Positions 38,590 to 40,686 of a stretch of 40,686 bases of DNA are shown piece by piece. The number at the start of each line of letters is the position of its first letter. Within the stretch, counting starts at the first letter, position 1. The stretch is taken from positions 1 through 40,686 of the forward strand of contig JBHLNS010000031.1 in assembly GCA_048941285.1 (NCBI GenBank), read 5' to 3'. The position numbers were made by a program, and so were the translations under genes. The DNA comes from Promethearchaeota archaeon (lineage in GTDB: Archaea > Asgardarchaeota > Lokiarchaeia > Sigyniarchaeales > SOKP01). The notes beneath the pieces are model-generated. The model did no database searches. It was not told the DNA's origin and was given only the letters and a program-made list of their open reading frames with translations.

Positions 38590-40062
38590 ATGTCATTCAG
38601 AGAAAATACTGTGAAAATTGTATCGACGTTAGGTCCAGCCTCGAGTTCAAAAGAAATGCTCGAGAAACTTATTAATGTTGGAGTTGATATTTTTAGGTTA
38701 AATTTCTCACATGGAACCCATGATGAGAAAAAAGAATTATTAGAACGAGTTAGAGAAGTAAGTGGAAAAACTAAATATACTGGAATTTTGGCTGATATTC
38801 AAGGACCAAAAATTCGCGTAGGCCATTTCAAAGAGGATAAAGCTTATAGTTTAGGGATTGGCCAGCAAGTAAAAGTCTTTGAAAAAGAAATAGAAGGTGA
38901 TCAAGCTCAATTTTCAATACCATTACCCGGTTTTCTTAAATCAATCAGAGTGGGAGATGTATTTTTTGTTAATGATGGAATTATTAAGATCAAAGTCATT
39001 AAGAAAGAACAAGATCATATCGTAGGAGAAGTTCTTGCAGGTGGAATGATTAGTAATAGAAAAGGAGTTAATATTCCTACTGGTGAATTATCTCAAAAAG
39101 TTCCTACTGAAAAAGACGTAGAAGACCTTCAATTTATTGCAAAATTAGATCCAGAATATGTAGCTATATCATTTGTAGCAGGAGAAGATGATGTTATACA
39201 TGTTAAAAGAATACTAGAAAATTATGGAAATTCTAACATTAAATTAATATCAAAGATTGAACGCCCTATAGCATTAAAGAATTTTGATCAAATATTAGAA
39301 GTTTCAGATGGGATCATGGTAGCCAGGGGAGACTTGGGTGTTGAGATAGATCCTGATAAAGTACCTTTATGGCAAAAAGAAATGATTTATAAGTGCAATC
39401 GGGAAGGAAAACCAGTTATAGTAGCGACTCAAATGCTTGAATCAATGGTCACAAACCCCATTCCTACAAGAGCAGAGGCTAATGATGTATATAACGCAGT
39501 AATGGATGGAACTGACGCAGTAATGCTCTCAGCAGAAACAGCTGTGGGTAATTACCCTATAAATGCTGTTCAATATATGAATCAAATAGCTAAAACTGCT
39601 ACTGAAAATATGCCTAATAGGTCTCCTGATGAATTTGATTCTGATAGGTTAACACACACTCAAACTTTAGGACATGCTATACATGCTTTGTCAAGAGAAA
39701 TGCAAGAATTAAATTTTAGAGGTAAAATTTTAGTAATTACTAGGAAAGGATATGGTGCTAGAATGATTGCAAAATATCGCCCTCCTTTACCAATAATTGC
39801 AATGACACCATTTAAAAGAACAGCAAGAGAGTTAAGCTTAGTTTGGGCAGTACAACCTGTTTATATTGAAAATATAGACTTCTTTAATATGGATGCTGAA
39901 CAGATAATAGAAGAATCGGTAAAACTTGCAGTTCAAAATAAATTATTGGATGAGAATGAGCATGTAATTATTCTTTTAGTTTCTAGAAAATTTGAGCGAA
40001 GGGGAAATCTAGTAGGACTTTATTATGTAGGTGAAATTCTTGAATCTCAATCAAATAAGTAA
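38590..40062 (+). CDS. pyk: Pyruvate kinase
   Basis: TLGPAS, RLNFSHG, DIQGPKIR, SKIE, IMVARGDLGVE, ATQMLESM, PTRAE, DAVMLSAETA. Confidence 0.97.
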   Translation: MSFRENTVKIVSTLGPASSSKEMLEKLINVGVDIFRLNFSHGTHDEKKELLERVREVSGKTKYTGILADIQGPKIRVGHFKEDKAYSLGIGQQVKVFEKEIEGDQAQFSIPLPGFLKSIRVGDVFFVNDGIIKIKVIKKEQDHIVGEVLAGGMISNRKGVNIPTGELSQKVPTEKDVEDLQFIAKLDPEYVAISFVAGEDDVIHVKRILENYGNSNIKLISKIERPIALKNFDQILEVSDGIMVARGDLGVEIDPDKVPLWQKEMIYKCNREGKPVIVATQMLESMVTNPIPTRAEANDVYNAVMDGTDAVMLSAETAVGNYPINAVQYMNQIAKTATENMPNRSPDEFDSDRLTHTQTLGHAIHALSREMQELNFRGKILVITRKGYGARMIAKYRPPLPIIAMTPFKRTARELSLVWAVQPVYIENIDFFNMDAEQIIEESVKLAVQNKLLDENEHVIILLVSRKFERRGNLVGLYYVGEILESQSNK

Positions 40063-40201
40063 ATTTACTTTTTTATTTTTTTGAAAAATAATCCAACTTA
40101 ATTTATTTAAAAAAACTGTAAATATAAATAAATTAAAAAATTTTTTATAAAACATAATACTATAAACATAATTTAAGAATGAAAGGTTTGAGGTTAAAAA
40201 T

Positions 40202-40624
40202 ATGAGTGAAGAAGTTAAAAAACCTGAAGAATGGAAACATGCATCTTGGGTATCATTTCTAGGAATGATTGCTTGGATTGTAGGAATAATTAGTGGAGCC
40301 ATAAGTATAATATGGGGATTTTTTACTTTACCCTTTTTAATAATTGGCTTAGGTTATCCTATATGGTATATAATAAGTGGAATTTTAGCAGTCGCCATAT
40401 CATTTTTTGTAATCCTACCTAAATTTTCGTTGAAATGTTCTAAAAAAGATTGGGATTCTTTATTGAATTGGGTGATACCTCTAGGAAATATCAGATTCCC
40501 ATGGATGCTAATATGGGGCATTATTATGGGCGTGTTAGGTTTAGGATATGGTGGAGCGTTAATAATAGTACCCGCACTTGTTTTATTATTTGCTGGACCA
40601 AAACCATATGAATGGAAAACTTAA
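40202..40624 (+). CDS. Hypothetical membrane protein
   Basis: Several hydrophobic segments; GAGGT SD upstream, T-tract downstream. Confidence 0.75.
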   Translation: MSEEVKKPEEWKHASWVSFLGMIAWIVGIISGAISIIWGFFTLPFLIIGLGYPIWYIISGILAVAISFFVILPKFSLKCSKKDWDSLLNWVIPLGNIRFPWMLIWGIIMGVLGLGYGGALIIVPALVLLFAGPKPYEWKT

Positions 40625-40686
40625 TAATATTTAATAATTTTTTTTTAATTTCTTTTATTTTCTAAAAAATTTTGAACCTATTGTTG

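Noticed and set aside
1-40686. Selenoproteins/SECIS, tRNA, rRNA, CRISPR arrays, IS elements
   Set aside because: By eye I saw no in-frame TGA at a conserved Cys position, no GC-rich structured RNA island, no spaced repeats and no transposase motifs. Covariance-model searches were not run.

Overview
Strongly AT-rich, gene-dense prokaryotic DNA. It is most likely archaeal, and my inference is a Lokiarchaeia/Asgard-like anaerobe. The grounds are a TrmB regulator, split ADP-forming acyl-CoA synthetase, tungsten AOR, GGAGGTG-type Shine-Dalgarno sites, oligo-T terminators and TTG/GTG starts; no marker gene proves the taxon. From left to right: (1) a minus-strand operon of PadR, BtrH-like papain-fold protein, DUF3795, SAM methyltransferase, class II UvrA and a partial internally duplicated UvrA that the ORF track misses; (2) an ArsR-like regulator, a PNPOx-like protein and a PD-(D/E)xK-like protein; (3) an ABC-2 exporter led by an unannotated 56-aa Cys/His peptide, divergent from a Cys-containing ArsR-like regulator; (4) a two-repeat (2x6TM) Kv-type channel; (5) a BpsA-type aminopropyltransferase fused to an AdoMet decarboxylase; (6) assorted metabolic genes (MBL hydrolase, TrmB, amidase, eukaryote-type xylulokinase, SlyD, MFS transporter, Fe-S protein); (7) an acyl-CoA/lipid catabolism operon with SCP2 and ACD subunits; (8) an unannotated 43-aa zinc finger, AOR and pyruvate kinase. 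I saw no rRNA, tRNA, CRISPR array or transposase. All family assignments come from motif recognition by eye, not from database searches.
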